IMG/VR virus record: IMGVR_UViG_3300042197_000642
Coordinates: 1-64,000 of that record
Length of the DNA: 64,000 bases
Strand: one strand, 5' to 3'
Source of the DNA: a virus
Shown here: positions 26,005 to 35,336 of the stretch, one piece after another
Position numbering within the stretch: position 1 is the first letter of the stretch
Layout: each line of letters opens with the position of its first letter
Notes under the pieces: model-generated
The model's input: only the letters and a program-made list of their open reading frames with translations
Database searches by the model: none
What the model was told of the DNA's origin: nothing
Translations under genes and position numbers: made by a program

Positions 26005-26673
26005 TTAGCTTAGCTCTTGTGCTACACGAAGTAGGTCATCGTAAGATGACATATGCAAATCTGCAACAGTAAAACATTGCATTTTTGCTATTTCAGCTTC
26101 AGCTGCTACGGGATCAATTCCGTAGTCTTCCATCAAGTCACGCTGCTTGATTGGAGTTAGGTGATAAACAGTTGATTGCATCTTACCTGTTCGGCTTAAC
26201 GCCCAATACATTGGTCGCTCTTCAGTACCTTGTAAAGGACCTTGTGCGGAAAAATGTGATGCATGTAGTGTTTTAAATAAACGTACTGAAGCAATTAACA
26301 TTTGTCGCTTAGTAGGTTTTTCACTTAAATTAGCAATGGTAAATCCACGCTTGTCTTCTGCACGACTTCCAAGAAGTGTTTGCAGTGGGTCGCTTGGACC
26401 AGATCCGTCCCAGATGTAAGAACGCTTTCCTGTTTTGTTTAAGAAGTGTTGCTTGTAAACGGCAAATGGGCCGGTTTGATCAAGGAACTTAATTATTTGT
26501 GGTTCTTCTGAGCATTTAAACTCAGAAGCGTATTCACGATCTGATTTAATTAAAGCAACAGCGGCATCCCATCCGGATGACACTGCTGAAGCGCCATTTG
26601 TTGGTCTTGCAGATAAAGCGTCATCTGCTACAACAAATTCGTTTACATCTGGCATTGTTTTTTGTATTGACAT
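26005..26673 (-). CDS. Single-stranded DNA-binding protein (gp32-like)
   Basis: IIKFLD..PF..Y.QHF..SY..DPL, WALSRTG..T.Y; adjacent to polymerase. Confidence 0.6.
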   Translation of the reverse strand: MSIQKTMPDVNEFVVADDALSARPTNGASAVSSGWDAAVALIKSDREYASEFKCSEEPQIIKFLDQTGPFAVYKQHFLNKTGKRSYIWDGSGPSDPLQTLLGSRAEDKRGFTIANLSEKPTKRQMLIASVRLFKTLHASHFSAQGPLQGTEERPMYWALSRTGKMQSTVYHLTPIKQRDLMEDYGIDPVAAEAEIAKMQCFTVADLHMSSYDDLLRVAQELS

Positions 26674-26675
26674 TA

Positions 26676-27185
26676 TTAGCTGTACCTTTCATTAGTTTCA
26701 TCGATTTCATTAGTTTCGTTCATTGTTTCTTTGGCACGGATTTTATCCCATGCCTCGCTTAACTCTTGTGAGAGTTTTCGATTCACGGCCCAATTTATTC
26801 TAGATTTCTCTAGTAAACCGGACCGAGAAAACAATTCTACAGTAACCTCGACCATTTGACGCGTATACAGGCGTCTGCCGGCAATTACTGCCCCATTTTT
26901 CCCTGTTGTGTCAGGCAAACGGTATGGAGAGGTTGGCAGGTAGCCTGCGTCCATCCATTGGTAAAGAGTAACAATAGGTCTGCCCAAAGCCTTAGACAAC
27001 GCGCCGATAGTAAACATTTCTACTTCTTTACCGTTTGGCAGCGTTTTCTTATATGGCTTTGAGTCCCATGCAAGCTTTTGTTCTCGTATCTTTTCTTCCT
27101 GCACCAAAGACTTCTTTTTACGTTTGCTTCCTGGGTAAAAGTCGTCTAGTCCAACAAAAGACTTTTCTATAAAATCAGACGTCAT
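26676..27185 (-). CDS. MerR-like HTH DNA-binding protein
   Basis: FTIGALSKALGR...TL..W...G.LP..RRLYT. Confidence 0.75.
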   Translation of the reverse strand: MTSDFIEKSFVGLDDFYPGSKRKKKSLVQEEKIREQKLAWDSKPYKKTLPNGKEVEMFTIGALSKALGRPIVTLYQWMDAGYLPTSPYRLPDTTGKNGAVIAGRRLYTRQMVEVTVELFSRSGLLEKSRINWAVNRKLSQELSEAWDKIRAKETMNETNEIDETNERYS

Positions 27186-27186
27186 A

Positions 27187-27597
27187 TTATTTCTTTGCTA
27201 AAAAGGCGTACGTCACTTTAGTAGGAAACATAGAATCAATATCTTCTTCAGTTAACGCTCCATCATAAAATGCTGCCATAATTGCATCTTCGTTTAACGT
27301 AGGAACCATAGTTATACATTTATCATAAATGTTCTTTTCGTGTAGTAACTTTTCAGCGCGTTCTATATCAAAACCCTTTAAGGTTTTACGTTGTTTAATT
27401 ATTTGAGTAATACCTGTAGAATCATCACCTAAATCTATAATCCTGTGGCCTTTGCCATCAGTTTCACCGTACTCATCTAAAGCATCCATAAGTCTGGTTT
27501 TAAGTTCTGTTTGACGAGTAGTTAACATCTCTAATTGATCTTTAATAACAACGTACTGTTTTACAGCGCTTTTTACGTCTTCTATTGGAAAACTCAT
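27187..27597 (-). CDS. Conserved phage hypothetical protein with N-terminal coiled coil
   Basis: AAGGGGA RBS; TAAGAT -10. Confidence 0.7.
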   Translation of the reverse strand: MSFPIEDVKSAVKQYVVIKDQLEMLTTRQTELKTRLMDALDEYGETDGKGHRIIDLGDDSTGITQIIKQRKTLKGFDIERAEKLLHEKNIYDKCITMVPTLNEDAIMAAFYDGALTEEDIDSMFPTKVTYAFLAKK

Positions 27598-27626
27598 ATA
27601 TCCCCTTAGCCTTTACTTAGTTAATC

Positions 27627-27770
27627 TTACTCTTTACCTACGTATTTATTAAGAGCCGAGAGTATCACACTTGTCACTGTAACTTTTTCTGCAGCTGCTT
27701 TCTTTTTAACCTCAGCCCATAAAGAGTCTGAAACTCTAATAGTCTTTGTTGGTGTTTTGGCTTTTCCCAT
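27627..27770 (-). CDS. Ribbon-helix-helix DNA-binding protein, not in ORF track
   Basis: MGKAKTPTKTIRVSDSLWAEVKKKAAAEKVTVTSVILSALNKYV; TAATG coupling. Confidence 0.8.
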   Translation of the reverse strand: MGKAKTPTKTIRVSDSLWAEVKKKAAAEKVTVTSVILSALNKYVGKE

Positions 27771-29359
27771 TACACAACCGCCTTTCTTAAAAAAGAGTTT
27801 AGGCTCTCTACGGTTAGAGCAACCCCACCCCTATCATCTATGCCTTGACCATCCATAACAGCGTTAGCAACAGCGTTCTTTTGTTGTAAAGCTTCGTGTT
27901 GGCGTACTTCAATCGAACCTGCTACAAGTATATCTTGTATAACAATAGAAGGCCAGGTTGACGAGGCGCGTTTTATTCTTCCGTTTCGTTGAGTCGCTGT
28001 GCCGCTACTCCAAGGGAGGTCAAAGTTAACCAAAAGATTAGCTGCAGGTAGGTCAACCCCATAACCACCAGCGTCACTAGAAATAAGGACCCGTATATTA
28101 GGATCGGTGTTAAATTGGACTTTATTAAGTTCTTTAGTTTTTGCATCTAACTTACCAGAGTACTTTCTACACATTTCTGCGCCTAGTGCTTCTTCTATTT
28201 TGTCTAGCATATCAACATAAGTAGCAAATATAACAACTTTATTTAAATCGTTTTGATCTAAAAAGTCTTTTACATAAGAAACTAAATAATCTAATTTTGC
28301 AGAAGCGTTAACCCCTTCTAATAATCCTTCTTCCATTAACTGATGAGCGTAAGCAGAGCCCTCTCCCATTAATTGTTTAAACTTATTACTACTAGTTTTT
28401 AGTAAGTCTGAATGAGAACACAGCATTTTTAATGCTCCAATTTTAGACATAATCTTTCCACGCATTTCATCCTCAGGGCCACCAGTGGCACGTTCTAACC
28501 CATAGTGCGAAAACACATTAAAACCAGAACCAAACATTTGCTGTGCATCATCTAAGTCTTGTTGTAAATCTTTTACTATTCTTACGTAAAGCTTAGCTCC
28601 CTTTCTATCTAAAGGAATAAATACTGGTTCTTTATGTATAGTATCTGGAAGATAGGGAGCAACATCATCATCTTTTTGTGTTTTCCGAACAGATGCTTCT
28701 TTAATTCGCTCATGAAGTACTGGAAGGTTTCTGTAACGATCTACGCCACCCCATTGATTTCTAACAATAAAAGCTTTATCAAAGATATCAAATCTGCCTA
28801 GTAAGTTTGCATCAACAAACTGCATAATGCTGTAAAGCTCTTCTGGTTTACCGTTCTCTATAGGCGTGCCAGTTAAAGCAAAACGATACTTAGAGTCTGT
28901 TAGTTTTTTGACTGCTCTTGATCTTTTTGATCTAAATGATTTGATTGCAGTGGCTTCGTCAATAACAACAAATCCCCTAGGAAGGTTGGCGACGTGTTTC
29001 CAATCGTTAACAACTTGTTCATAATTGAGGATAATGTAATCGGTGTTGCTTTCTTGCCAATTTCTAGCAAGGTCGTATTGCTCTGCTCTTTTCTTTGGTG
29101 TTCCATCAATAACCAAAGCTTGTGAAGATCCATTTGTAAACTTCTCAATCTGGTTTGCCCATTGGTATTTTAAACTTGACAAACATATTATAAGCCCAGG
29201 TTCTTTAATTTTACGCTCATCCATAAGTTGCTCTATAGCTGCAATGGTTATCACCGTTTTTCCTAAACCTAGGTCGTAGGCAACAAGCATCTTTTGTCGC
29301 TCTATCATTTTAGTTACAGCCTCTGGCTGATAAGGTAAGAGAGTTCCAACAAAACTCAT
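27770..29359 (-). CDS. SNF2-family (SF2) helicase
   Basis: LLPYQ, DLGLGKT, VIDEA, LTGTPIEN, GYGVDL, QRNGRI.R. Confidence 0.92.
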   Translation of the reverse strand: MSFVGTLLPYQPEAVTKMIERQKMLVAYDLGLGKTVITIAAIEQLMDERKIKEPGLIICLSSLKYQWANQIEKFTNGSSQALVIDGTPKKRAEQYDLARNWQESNTDYIILNYEQVVNDWKHVANLPRGFVVIDEATAIKSFRSKRSRAVKKLTDSKYRFALTGTPIENGKPEELYSIMQFVDANLLGRFDIFDKAFIVRNQWGGVDRYRNLPVLHERIKEASVRKTQKDDDVAPYLPDTIHKEPVFIPLDRKGAKLYVRIVKDLQQDLDDAQQMFGSGFNVFSHYGLERATGGPEDEMRGKIMSKIGALKMLCSHSDLLKTSSNKFKQLMGEGSAYAHQLMEEGLLEGVNASAKLDYLVSYVKDFLDQNDLNKVVIFATYVDMLDKIEEALGAEMCRKYSGKLDAKTKELNKVQFNTDPNIRVLISSDAGGYGVDLPAANLLVNFDLPWSSGTATQRNGRIKRASSTWPSIVIQDILVAGSIEVRQHEALQQKNAVANAVMDGQGIDDRGGVALTVESLNSFLRKAVV

Positions 29360-29898
29360 AGTAAACCCTGCATTCGACTAATTACTAAGGTTTTTAAATC
29401 TTCTATTGACCCTTTGTTAGCAAAGATTTGGTCTACTTTATATCCGTCTAATTCAGTTTCTGAAACATGAGCATTAATAGCTTCTACGTTAGGACGCTTA
29501 ATTCTCCATATAGTTCCACCCATTGCTTTGATTTTAGAAGCCTCATTAATAAATCTAACATCTGTTATTACTACGTTTTCATTTGGAGATATATCTTTTA
29601 GAGCCGCATCTACCCAAGTGTCTAATCCAAGGTTGTTACGAATAGCCACGCCTAACTTTTGTAATAAAGCACGTACTTCTTTATTCTTCTTTGCGTCATC
29701 CCAACCTTCGTCATTTACAAGGTCTCTTACAGTTATATCTTTATAATTAACATCTATCATAACTACAGGGTCTAACTCGTATAGTATTTTTCTTATTTTA
29801 TCTGCAAAGGCAATACGTTTAAACTCATAGTCTTTAATTAGTATTTTTGCCACTTCGTCTTTACCAGAACCCGCATACCCAGATAACCCTATAATCAT
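29356..29898 (-). CDS. Deoxynucleoside monophosphate kinase
   Basis: IIGLSGYAGSGKD, AFAD, R.LLQ.LG, ITDVRF.NE, H.SE. Confidence 0.9.
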   Translation of the reverse strand: MIIGLSGYAGSGKDEVAKILIKDYEFKRIAFADKIRKILYELDPVVMIDVNYKDITVRDLVNDEGWDDAKKNKEVRALLQKLGVAIRNNLGLDTWVDAALKDISPNENVVITDVRFINEASKIKAMGGTIWRIKRPNVEAINAHVSETELDGYKVDQIFANKGSIEDLKTLVISRMQGLL

Positions 29899-30833
29899 AA
29901 GATTGCCTTTATTCCTCGTACATAATGTTTTGCAGAGTCCATGCCAATAAGTATTTCTTCTTTACTCATAGCCCCAACGTCTTTCATGTCGGTATTAGAG
30001 TAATTAAAAAACTTACCATCAATGCCCATACTTTTACATGCGTTTAAAAGATCTAATGAAGATTTACGCCCCGCATCATCGTTGTCTAGTGCAAATAAAA
30101 CCTCTTTAGCTGACCTAATAAGATTAATTTGATGTGCAGAAACTATAGCTCCGTAAGTGCTTACACCACCAAATATACCAACTGATAAAAGCCGAGCAAC
30201 ATCTAATGGAGACTCTACAACAACCATGCGGTATAAACCTTGTTCCACAAATTGTTTGTAACCAAATAAAGATTTACTCTTTTGAACACCAGTAGGCCAA
30301 TTCTTAAAATATCTAGTACCGTGACCTTTTTCCTGCCAACCTAATAAACTTTTAGTTATTGGGTCTCGTATTACTGTAATCCAAGATTTAGATTGTTCAG
30401 ACCATTTGATTTCATAGTGTTGAGCAGCTGCTAAAGAAATACCTCTATCAGATAAAGCCTCTTGAGGAGGGTCTACAAACGCAGCTAACATAGACTCTGT
30501 AATTGGTTGGTTTTGTGTTTTAACTTCTTTTTCTACTTTAAGAGCTTTTGCTAATCTTTCGTTTAAATCGTTGTAACCTTTGTTAATCCAAGTTTGTGCT
30601 TCGTCATAATTAATGCCCTGTACATGTTCAATTAAAGTACTTAGTCCACCTTTAAAACCACAGGAAAAACAAATGTGCATACCGGTTTCAGAGTTAATCC
30701 ACCAAGAAGGATTTCTATCTTCTTTTCCAGTTCTTGATAAATGAGCTGGGCAGTGGCAAAGATACTCATCATTGTTTTCACGAATAATATCTATGTTTAA
30801 ACGTGCTAATAAATCTTCAATATTAGAGCTCAT
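29895..30833 (-). CDS. DNA primase (Zn finger + TOPRIM)
   Basis: CPAH..CFSC; VVESPLD; LDNDDAG. Confidence 0.9.
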   Translation of the reverse strand: MSSNIEDLLARLNIDIIRENNDEYLCHCPAHLSRTGKEDRNPSWWINSETGMHICFSCGFKGGLSTLIEHVQGINYDEAQTWINKGYNDLNERLAKALKVEKEVKTQNQPITESMLAAFVDPPQEALSDRGISLAAAQHYEIKWSEQSKSWITVIRDPITKSLLGWQEKGHGTRYFKNWPTGVQKSKSLFGYKQFVEQGLYRMVVVESPLDVARLLSVGIFGGVSTYGAIVSAHQINLIRSAKEVLFALDNDDAGRKSSLDLLNACKSMGIDGKFFNYSNTDMKDVGAMSKEEILIGMDSAKHYVRGIKAIL

Positions 30834-32070
30834 ACGGCAACACCTGCTCTATTAAACCATCACCAACCATTTCAGCAAAAAGCCCTTGGTTCCAATCAAA
30901 GTCTAATGACACTTCTGCTCTTGGACAGTTACGGCTTTCTAATATCTTAAGAATACGAGTTGTATCTAAATCCTCTGCTTCTTTTTGTAGACCTAACACA
31001 ACATCTGCGTCCTGTACGAAAGATGAAGAGTAACCAATGGAATCGGAAGTAACTTGACCTTTCTTTGCTTTCCAAGGAAGAGTTTGTGTTGTAATGAATA
31101 TAGGTTTATTCATTCTTTGAGCTAAACGTTTTAAAGACCTAGTTATATTAGTTAAAGCCTGTGGTGTATTAGCCTCACCTGTTTGTTCATCGATCATTAA
31201 ATAAACACCATCAATAAATACAACATCGGGTTGAAGAGTTTGTATCTTGCCAGCAATGCCTGTAATCGTTGATCCAGCTGCAGAATCAACTAACCAAAAC
31301 TTATGTTGTTCTTCCATATTTCTTAATATAGTTTTATATCTAGACTCTTCTTCTTTAGTTAGCGCTCCATCTAAAAGTCTTCGATGAGACACCTTTGCTT
31401 TCATTGAATCAAATCTAGATTCTTGTTCGGTATTGCTCATTTCAAAAGATTGAAACATAGGAACTTGGCCAGCTTTGTGCATGTTTAAAGCAATTTGTAA
31501 TGCAAGAGTTGATTTACCTGTTTTAGGAGGAGCAACCAAAACAATTAATTGACCGTTTTGAATACCACCAGTTGCTTGGTCAATTCTTGAAAATCCGGTT
31601 GGTACACCGCGTAATCCTGGGTTAAATTTCCTATGTAAGTATTCATCCCAACGATTAAGAGGGGTGTTAGTAATATCTAAATCACTACTTAGAGATAAAC
31701 CAGATTCTTCAATTCGTATTAAACCGGCCTGTAAAGATAATAAAGCTGAGTCATGGTCTTGATTTTCAATTCCTTTAATTGCTTCTTGAACAATTGATAC
31801 TGTTGCAGCTTTTCTTCTTTGATCTAATAAGGTGTCTAAATAAAACTCTAATTTATCTGGAGCCTCTATTAAAGTGTAGTTAGGGTAGTTAGATCTAATT
31901 GTTTCTAAACTTGGTGTTTCTCCATACTTTTTATAGTGGTCGCACACAAAAGTAAATAACTTCTTTTCATTTGGATCTGCAAACCAATTACTATTTACGT
32001 TCTTTGTAAGAACATGCGCAAGAGACTTTTCTTGAATGATCTTACTTAAAAGTAATGATTCATTATTCAT
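30823..32070 (-). CDS. DnaB-like replicative helicase
   Basis: PTGF..ID, APPKTGKS, SFEMS, FIDGVYLM, QDAD. Confidence 0.92.
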   Translation of the reverse strand: MNNESLLLSKIIQEKSLAHVLTKNVNSNWFADPNEKKLFTFVCDHYKKYGETPSLETIRSNYPNYTLIEAPDKLEFYLDTLLDQRRKAATVSIVQEAIKGIENQDHDSALLSLQAGLIRIEESGLSLSSDLDITNTPLNRWDEYLHRKFNPGLRGVPTGFSRIDQATGGIQNGQLIVLVAPPKTGKSTLALQIALNMHKAGQVPMFQSFEMSNTEQESRFDSMKAKVSHRRLLDGALTKEEESRYKTILRNMEEQHKFWLVDSAAGSTITGIAGKIQTLQPDVVFIDGVYLMIDEQTGEANTPQALTNITRSLKRLAQRMNKPIFITTQTLPWKAKKGQVTSDSIGYSSSFVQDADVVLGLQKEAEDLDTTRILKILESRNCPRAEVSLDFDWNQGLFAEMVGDGLIEQVLPYEL

Positions 32071-32474
32071 AATTGCGAAAAGTCCATTCCCCAGTGCCCA
32101 TATCTCAATAAGCGAGTCGGTAAATCTAGCACACCTATAACCTCTGGCCTATAAGGCAACTCTTGAACTAGATGGTCAATTGCCTCATAAGCTGTAAAAT
32201 ACCTAAATGGATTAGTTCCTTTTTTATCTAATTTATTAATTAAATCTTCTAATTGTTCCTCTGTATGAGAAAAAGAAATAAGTTCTAAAGTATATCCAAC
32301 ACGCTGAGAAAAGACGTAAAGACGGCTTAAAGTAGACCTATTAAAGGTTTCTACCTTTTTTGAAACAGGAATGATTTTAAATTGTTTCTTGACCTGCACA
32401 TCAATGTCAATAAACGTGTCAACAACAACGATTACTCTTTTTGGTAATTCGTTGCTTATGTCCCCCTTAAGCAT
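32067..32474 (-). CDS. Hypothetical protein, possibly degenerate HAD fold
   Basis: GDISN..PKRVIVVVD; within replication operon. Confidence 0.5.
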   Translation of the reverse strand: MLKGDISNELPKRVIVVVDTFIDIDVQVKKQFKIIPVSKKVETFNRSTLSRLYVFSQRVGYTLELISFSHTEEQLEDLINKLDKKGTNPFRYFTAYEAIDHLVQELPYRPEVIGVLDLPTRLLRYGHWGMDFSQL

Positions 32475-32477
32475 TAT

Positions 32478-32792
32478 TTATAAAACCTCTATTTTTCCAT
32501 ACCTTATAACAAAGTCTCTAAAAGTAGAATTAGATTCTTGTGCTTTTTCTGCATCTTCTCTAGATGCTTTTGTTGAGATTTCTAAAGGGTAAGTACCGCC
32601 GTTTGTTTCTATACGAGCTTTTACAAACTTAACATGTTTACAAAAGTTACGACCACGGAAACCAGCGCATGTGCAATAAAGGTTATCTTCTTTATCAGTA
32701 CTTACTTCAAAAATGCTTGGTCCAGGAGTTTGCTGTTGAGTTAGAAAAACTTGAATAAGTCTTAACTCTTCTGACACGAAGGCCTCTTTCAT
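32478..32792 (-). CDS. SWIM Zn-finger protein
   Basis: CTCAGFRGRNFCKHV. Confidence 0.8.
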   Translation of the reverse strand: MKEAFVSEELRLIQVFLTQQQTPGPSIFEVSTDKEDNLYCTCAGFRGRNFCKHVKFVKARIETNGGTYPLEISTKASREDAEKAQESNSTFRDFVIRYGKIEVL

Positions 32793-33484
32793 AGTTTACG
32801 AAGGTCTCCTTTCTGGCTATCCCATCGTATCTCAGCAAAAGCTTCTTTTGCAAAGCTTGCTGTTGATTCACCGTATTCGGATGGCCAAGCAGAAAGACCG
32901 TAGTTAGTGGTAACTATGGTAGGCAATCCTTTTGAATGGCGTGTGCGCAACACATGATGAAACATGTTTTTCTGCCAACCCGATGCCGAAGTGTGTTCTT
33001 TTCCTAAATCATCAATTACTAAGATCCTTATGTTGTAGCCATCGTCTTTAGCCTCACCAAATATGCCGGCAAGTAATAGGTTATCTTCTGAATTTGGGTC
33101 TGATTCCATGGTTCGACCTTTTAAGTCTAACAATTCAGCAAAAGTAATAAAATGCACAGGTCGGACTAAAACTGACCCAGACTTAGAGGCAAAGTTCTCC
33201 ATTGAGAAGGTTCTAATCATGTCCTGTATCGCAGCTGCTGCTATGGTGGTTTTGCCATGTCCGGGGTGGCCTGAAATTAATAACCCTTTGCCACTAGAAG
33301 CCTTTCCAGAGGCTCGAATGATGTCTCCCTTGACCACATCCTCAATCCAGCCTCTAATGCGGTTTAAACCGGTTTTAGAGGCATCCTGGCAGTCGTCTAA
33401 AGTCCACCCTAGGTATTGATTTGGAATACCAGCGATTTGCAGCCACGTACGGCGTCTTATAGGTAAATCCGTTGGGGTGTACAC
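32789..33484 (-). CDS. DnaC/IstB-like helicase loader ATPase
   Basis: GHPGHGKT, LVIDDLGKE, R....LPTIVTTN, DLRK. Confidence 0.88.
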   Translation of the reverse strand: MYTPTDLPIRRRTWLQIAGIPNQYLGWTLDDCQDASKTGLNRIRGWIEDVVKGDIIRASGKASSGKGLLISGHPGHGKTTIAAAAIQDMIRTFSMENFASKSGSVLVRPVHFITFAELLDLKGRTMESDPNSEDNLLLAGIFGEAKDDGYNIRILVIDDLGKEHTSASGWQKNMFHHVLRTRHSKGLPTIVTTNYGLSAWPSEYGESTASFAKEAFAEIRWDSQKGDLRKL

Positions 33485-34357
33485 CTACAATCCCCTTTCG
33501 GTCCAGTATTTATCATCTTCTTCTTCAGCAGACTCTTGGATTGACCTTGAGGCTATTGATCCGAGCCTAGCATCACTTAGAAGCATTGGGAACATCTTTA
33601 AGAAAAGACGCCATAGGTGCTCTGGCTCTGAGTACTTTGATAAGTCTATGCGTAGAAAGAATCTTTCCATAACCTGCATCTCGATCTCGCCATTGGTTCC
33701 ATATTTGTTTCTAGTGTTCCCCATAGCCTTTACAAATTGGCTAGCGTTAACGTTCCAAGGCTTGATATGCATGGTCCAAATGCGATTTGAGAACTCCTGA
33801 CAGACGTGCTTAGGCTTCCATTGGCTAACTGGAATCTCGCTTCTGTATAGGTTGTTTTTTTCAACCTTTTGAGCCTTTTGCTCTTCATACTTTTCTTTGC
33901 TTTTACGTAAAGCTTTCTCAGACTCCTTAAGATACTCGTCTTTATCTATAGAGTTCTCGGAACTAAATAAGTTGTCCCAACCTCCCATACTTACCTCCAA
34001 TACTTTTGTTTCTTCTTTCTCTCGAACTTCAGTTCGAGTATTTGCAAAACTATTAATACAATTAGTAATTAAGCTATAAGGATTATTAGCTAATTGGCTA
34101 TTGGGCTTGCACTGCTGTAAAGGGAGTGCGGTTTCAGCACTCCCAGAATAGCACTCCACAACCTCAGATATTGTAATTAGGTTACTACCAAACCTTCTAG
34201 TAGTAGTCTTTATTAATCCTAAAGTTCTAAGTTCTTTTAGGGCAGCTAGCATACCCCTTCTACCATCTTTAAATACCTCAGCCAACCTATCAGCCGATAT
34301 TGGGATGTTAGTTGCAACTAAGTACATGTATATCCCAAATGCCTTACCTGAAATCAC
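33485..34357 (-). CDS. Putative replication initiator with N-terminal winged HTH
   Basis: S.KA.G.Y.YL..ALKEL...G; directly upstream of DnaC-like gene. Confidence 0.6.
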   Translation of the reverse strand: MISGKAFGIYMYLVATNIPISADRLAEVFKDGRRGMLAALKELRTLGLIKTTTRRFGSNLITISEVVECYSGSAETALPLQQCKPNSQLANNPYSLITNCINSFANTRTEVREKEETKVLEVSMGGWDNLFSSENSIDKDEYLKESEKALRKSKEKYEEQKAQKVEKNNLYRSEIPVSQWKPKHVCQEFSNRIWTMHIKPWNVNASQFVKAMGNTRNKYGTNGEIEMQVMERFFLRIDLSKYSEPEHLWRLFLKMFPMLLSDARLGSIASRSIQESAEEEDDKYWTERGL

Positions 34358-35004
34358 TTGCCCTTGTCCTTCTTCATTTCTTTGACTACTTCTCTAGCAA
34401 TAACTTTTGCAAGTAAGGTTATGGACTCTGCTATAGTGAACGTGTCATCATCTACCTCTTCAAACTCTTCATCTGAAGGCTCTTCTTCATCTTCCTCATT
34501 TTCTTCAAATAACGAAGGATGATCTGATTTAGCAGTCGTGCTTTCTACTTCTGGCATCTTTGGTGTTTCAACCTTTTGTATATCTTTAGAAGCCTCAATT
34601 TTCGTAAGGCCGTCAGTTAAATCAAACGCAGGAATACCTGCTTCAGATACATAACCAATGATGTTAGCGGTTTCCATATCTTCATCAGACCAAAGCATAA
34701 AAACGGTAGAGTCAGAGCCCTTAAAGGATGAAATAGCATCTTTTATTGGATTGTCTGAATGACTAACTGTTGCTTGTGGTAAACCTTCTGATATAAAGCC
34801 TTCATTAGCAAATACTAATAAATCTTTATTATTATCTTTTGCAAACTGAGCTGCAAAAACTTGCCCTTGACTTGCTTGTCTATTAAATGCTAATACAATT
34901 ACGTACTTATCTTTTTTATTAAAAAAGTAGTCGTCTAGTAAAGCATCTACATTTGCTCTGCTGGTTTCTCCAGATCCCAGAACTAGTATATGTTTTGTTG
35001 GCAT
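34354..35004 (-). CDS. Possible SLOG/YspA-like Rossmannoid protein with acidic tail
   Basis: ILVLGSG N-terminus; start MPTK after AAGGGAGG. Confidence 0.45.
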   Translation of the reverse strand: MPTKHILVLGSGETSRANVDALLDDYFFNKKDKYVIVLAFNRQASQGQVFAAQFAKDNNKDLLVFANEGFISEGLPQATVSHSDNPIKDAISSFKGSDSTVFMLWSDEDMETANIIGYVSEAGIPAFDLTDGLTKIEASKDIQKVETPKMPEVESTTAKSDHPSLFEENEEDEEEPSDEEFEEVDDDTFTIAESITLLAKVIAREVVKEMKKDKGK

Positions 35005-35035
35005 ATGCCCTCCCTTAGAGGGAATAGCATACACA

Positions 35036-35323
35036 TTATTCTCTATCTGGTTTAACAGCCCTAACTATGGCGGGTTGGTATGTCGAAATACGAGACCCAA
35101 TAGCTACAAGCAAGGCTGAGACAAAAGCCCCCGCCACCGTATAAATTACGAATACACGAATTGATTCAATACCTAGTAGCCATGCGCCGCCAGATGATAA
35201 GCCTAACGCTGTCAAAGCTTTAATTAGCCTAAGGTTAATATAGTTTTCTATTATTTCAAATATCTGATCTAGTACTGCAAGCCAAAATGAAGCAAAACAT
35301 GCAATAAGAATTAAGTCCAGCAT
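35036..35323 (-). CDS. Small three-TM membrane protein (holin candidate), probably leaderless
   Basis: Three hydrophobic segments; TATACT 7 nt before ATG. Confidence 0.5.
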   Translation of the reverse strand: MLDLILIACFASFWLAVLDQIFEIIENYINLRLIKALTALGLSSGGAWLLGIESIRVFVIYTVAGAFVSALLVAIGSRISTYQPAIVRAVKPDRE

Positions 35324-35336
35324 AGCTGGAAGTATA

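Noticed and set aside
26687-26730. Short TTTCATTAG repeats
   Set aside because: Encode a low-complexity NET/NEI tail of the MerR-like protein.
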